This document shows, in pieces, positions 61,785-64,000 of a stretch of DNA of 64,000 bases. The DNA comes from Mustelus asterias (Eukaryota): the NCBI RefSeq assembly GCF_964213995.1, contig NC_135830.1, forward strand, positions 14,322,001-14,386,000. The letters run 5' to 3'. A model generated the notes under the pieces. The model searched no databases, was not told where the DNA came from, and saw only the letters and a program-made list of their open reading frames with translations. Each line of letters opens with the position of its first letter. Positions within the stretch are counted from its first letter, which is position 1. Position numbers and translations under genes: made by a program.

Positions 61785-62625
61785 TCATAGAGGTTTACAG
61801 CATGAAAACAGGCCCTTCGGCCCAACTTGTCCATGCCGCCCTTTCTTTTTTAAAACCCCGAACCTAATCCCAATTGCCCGCATTTGGCCCATATCCCTCT
61901 AAACCCATCGTACCCATGTAACTATCTAAATGCTTTTTAAAAGACAAAATTGTACCTGCCTCTGCTACTACCTCTGGCAGCTTGTTCCAGACACTCACCA
62001 CCCTCTGTGTGAAAAAACTGCCCCTCTGGACACTTTTGTATCTCTCCCCTCTCACCTTAAACCTATGCCCTCTAGTTTTAGACTCCCCTACCTTTGGGAA
62101 AAGATATTGACTATCTAGTTGATCTGTGCCCCCTCATTTTATAGACCTCTAGAAGATCATACCTCAGCCTCCTACGCTCCAGAGAAAAACGTCCCAGTCT
62201 ATCCAGCCTCTCCTTATAACTCAATCCATCAAGTCCCGGTAGCATCCTGGTAAATCTTTTCTGCACTCTTTCTAGTTTAATAATATCCTTTCTATAATAG
62301 GAACTGCACACAGTATTGCAAGTGCGGCCTTACCAATGTCTTGTAAAACTTCAACAAGACATTCCAACTCCTGTATTCAATATTCTGACCAATGAAACCA
62401 AGCATGCTGAATGCCTTCTTCACCACTCTGTCCACCTGTGACTCCACTTTCAAGGAGCTATGAACATGTGCCCCTAGATCTCTTTGTTCTGTAACTCTCC
62501 CCAACGCCCTACCATTAACTGAGTAAGTCCTGCCTTGGTTCAATCTACCAAAATGCATCACCTCGCATTTGTCTAAATTAAACTTCATCTGCTATTCGTC
62601 AGCCCACTGGCCCAATTGATCAAGA
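61785..62625 (-). mobile_element. CR1 LINE 3' portion
   Basis: MKFNLDKCEVMHFGR and LERVQKRFTRMLPGL. Confidence 0.9.
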
Positions 62626-62819
62626 TCTGGGTGTCTGAGTGCATAAATCACAAAAGGCTAATATGCAGGTACAGCAAGTAATTAGGAAAACTAATAGAAT
62701 GTTATCATTCATTGTGATGGAAATTAAATACAGAACTAGGGAGGTTATGCTTCAGTTGTACAGGTCACTAGTGAGACCACATCTGGAGTACTGTGTGCAG
62801 TATTGGTCAGCTTATTTAA

Positions 62820-63166
62820 TCATAGAAATCATAGAAACCCTACAGTGCAGAAGGAGGCCATTCGGCCTATCGAGTCTGCACCAACCATAATCCCACCCAG
62901 GCCCTACCCCCACATATTTACCCGCTAATCCCTCTAACCTACACATCTCAGGACTCTAAGGGGCAATTTTCTTTTTAACCTGGCCAATCAACCTAACCCG
63001 CACATCTTTGGACTGTGGGAGGAAACCGGAGCACCCGGAGGAAACCCACGCAGACACGAGGAGAATGTGCAAACTCCACACAGACAGTGACCCAAGCCAG
63101 GAATTGAACCCAGGTCCCTGGAGCTGTGAAGCAGCAGTGCTAACCACTGTGCTACCGTGCCGCCCC
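62820..63166 (-). mobile_element. HE1-type SINE within a plus-strand CR1 fragment
   Basis: Near-identical to 27333-27675 in reverse. Confidence 0.9.
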
Positions 63167-63333
63167 TTGTGTTAAGGAAGTGTTCAAGTATGCTGGATAT
63201 CAAGTATGTTCAAGTATGCTGGAGACAGTTCAGAGACGGTTTACCAGACTAATACCTAAAATGGATGGGCTGTGTTATGAGGGAAGGCTCTCACATGTTC
63301 CTGAACTTCCTGCTTTTCCATTCTCGCTCTCAG

Positions 63334-63494
63334 TCTTTAGGGTCCTGGGGAATTCGAATCAGCACTGGCTGCAGCGTCTCATCTACTTCATCGGCAACCT
63401 GCTGGGGTTGGCCCTGGCCATCTACAAGTGCCAGGCAATGGGGCTGCTGCCCACACATGCCTCTGACTGGCTGGCATTCATCCAGCCACCCCAG
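63334..63494 (+). CDS. EMC4: EMC4 exon 4 (last exon beyond window)
   Basis: [53 protein letters not shown] with phase-0 donor. Confidence 0.96.
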
Positions 63495-63844
63495 GTGAGA
63501 TCCGCACTCTGTATGTGAGGGGGAGCCAGGAAAATAGGAAGAGGAAACCATTCAGGGCTGTGGAGCCTGAGAGGTTGAGTAGATTGGGCCCAATTCTTTT
63601 TATTCATTCGTGGGACATGGGCATCACTGGCTGGTCAGCATTTATTGTCCATCCCTGGTTGCTCTTGAAGGGCAGTTGAGAGTCAACCACAGGAAATCTG
63701 CCGCCCTTACCTGGTCTGGCCTGCATGTGACTCCAGAGCCACAGCAACGTGGTTGACTCTCAACAGCCCTTGGGCAACTAGGGATGGACAATAAATGCTG
63801 GCCAGTCAGAGACGCCCATATCCCACGAATGAACAAAAACAAAT

Positions 63845-64000
63845 GAGGGATGGGGGAAGAGTGCAGGGAAAGTGGGGATGTCTTTGGGAATTGAGAGATA
63901 GGAGGAAGAGTGTGGGGAAAGTGGTGATATCTTTGGGAATTGAGGGATGGGGGAAGACTGGGTAAAGTGGAGATATCTTTGGGAATTGAAGAATGAGGAG
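63845..64000. repeat. ~48-bp purine-rich minisatellite
   Basis: Three copies ending GAT(G/A)TCTTTGGGAATTGA. Confidence 0.75.

Overview
Cartilaginous-fish (shark-type) genomic DNA. The assignment rests on HE1-type SINEs, CR1 and Penelope repeats, and NAR-TCR genes. Bases 1-24845 are a complex (TG)n-based satellite with six N-runs; its core reads CACAGTG-ATACACACTGAC-ACACACACA on the minus strand, like a cryptic 12-RSS. Bases 25.2-56.6 kb are part of a TCR delta/alpha-type locus. It holds an intact NAR-TCR cassette (leader, IgNAR-like V, D, J, and a leaderless supporting TCR-delta V followed by a triplicated 23-RSS). It also holds a TCR V with extra cysteines, an intact IgH-like V (TAILV-like) with a pseudogene copy, an orphan 23-RSS, and a LINE-truncated V. 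A 10.6-kb defective endogenous retrovirus (tRNA-Phe PBS, gamma-type env, 5-bp TSD) sits in nested CR1/Penelope insertions. EMC4 exons 1-4 end the window. The most striking feature is a precise head-to-head 12-RSS/23-RSS fusion at 54776-54842, the structure of a V(D)J signal joint, apparently fixed in the assembled genome. All V segments point toward it and toward EMC4, and no TCR D-J-C region is present in the window.
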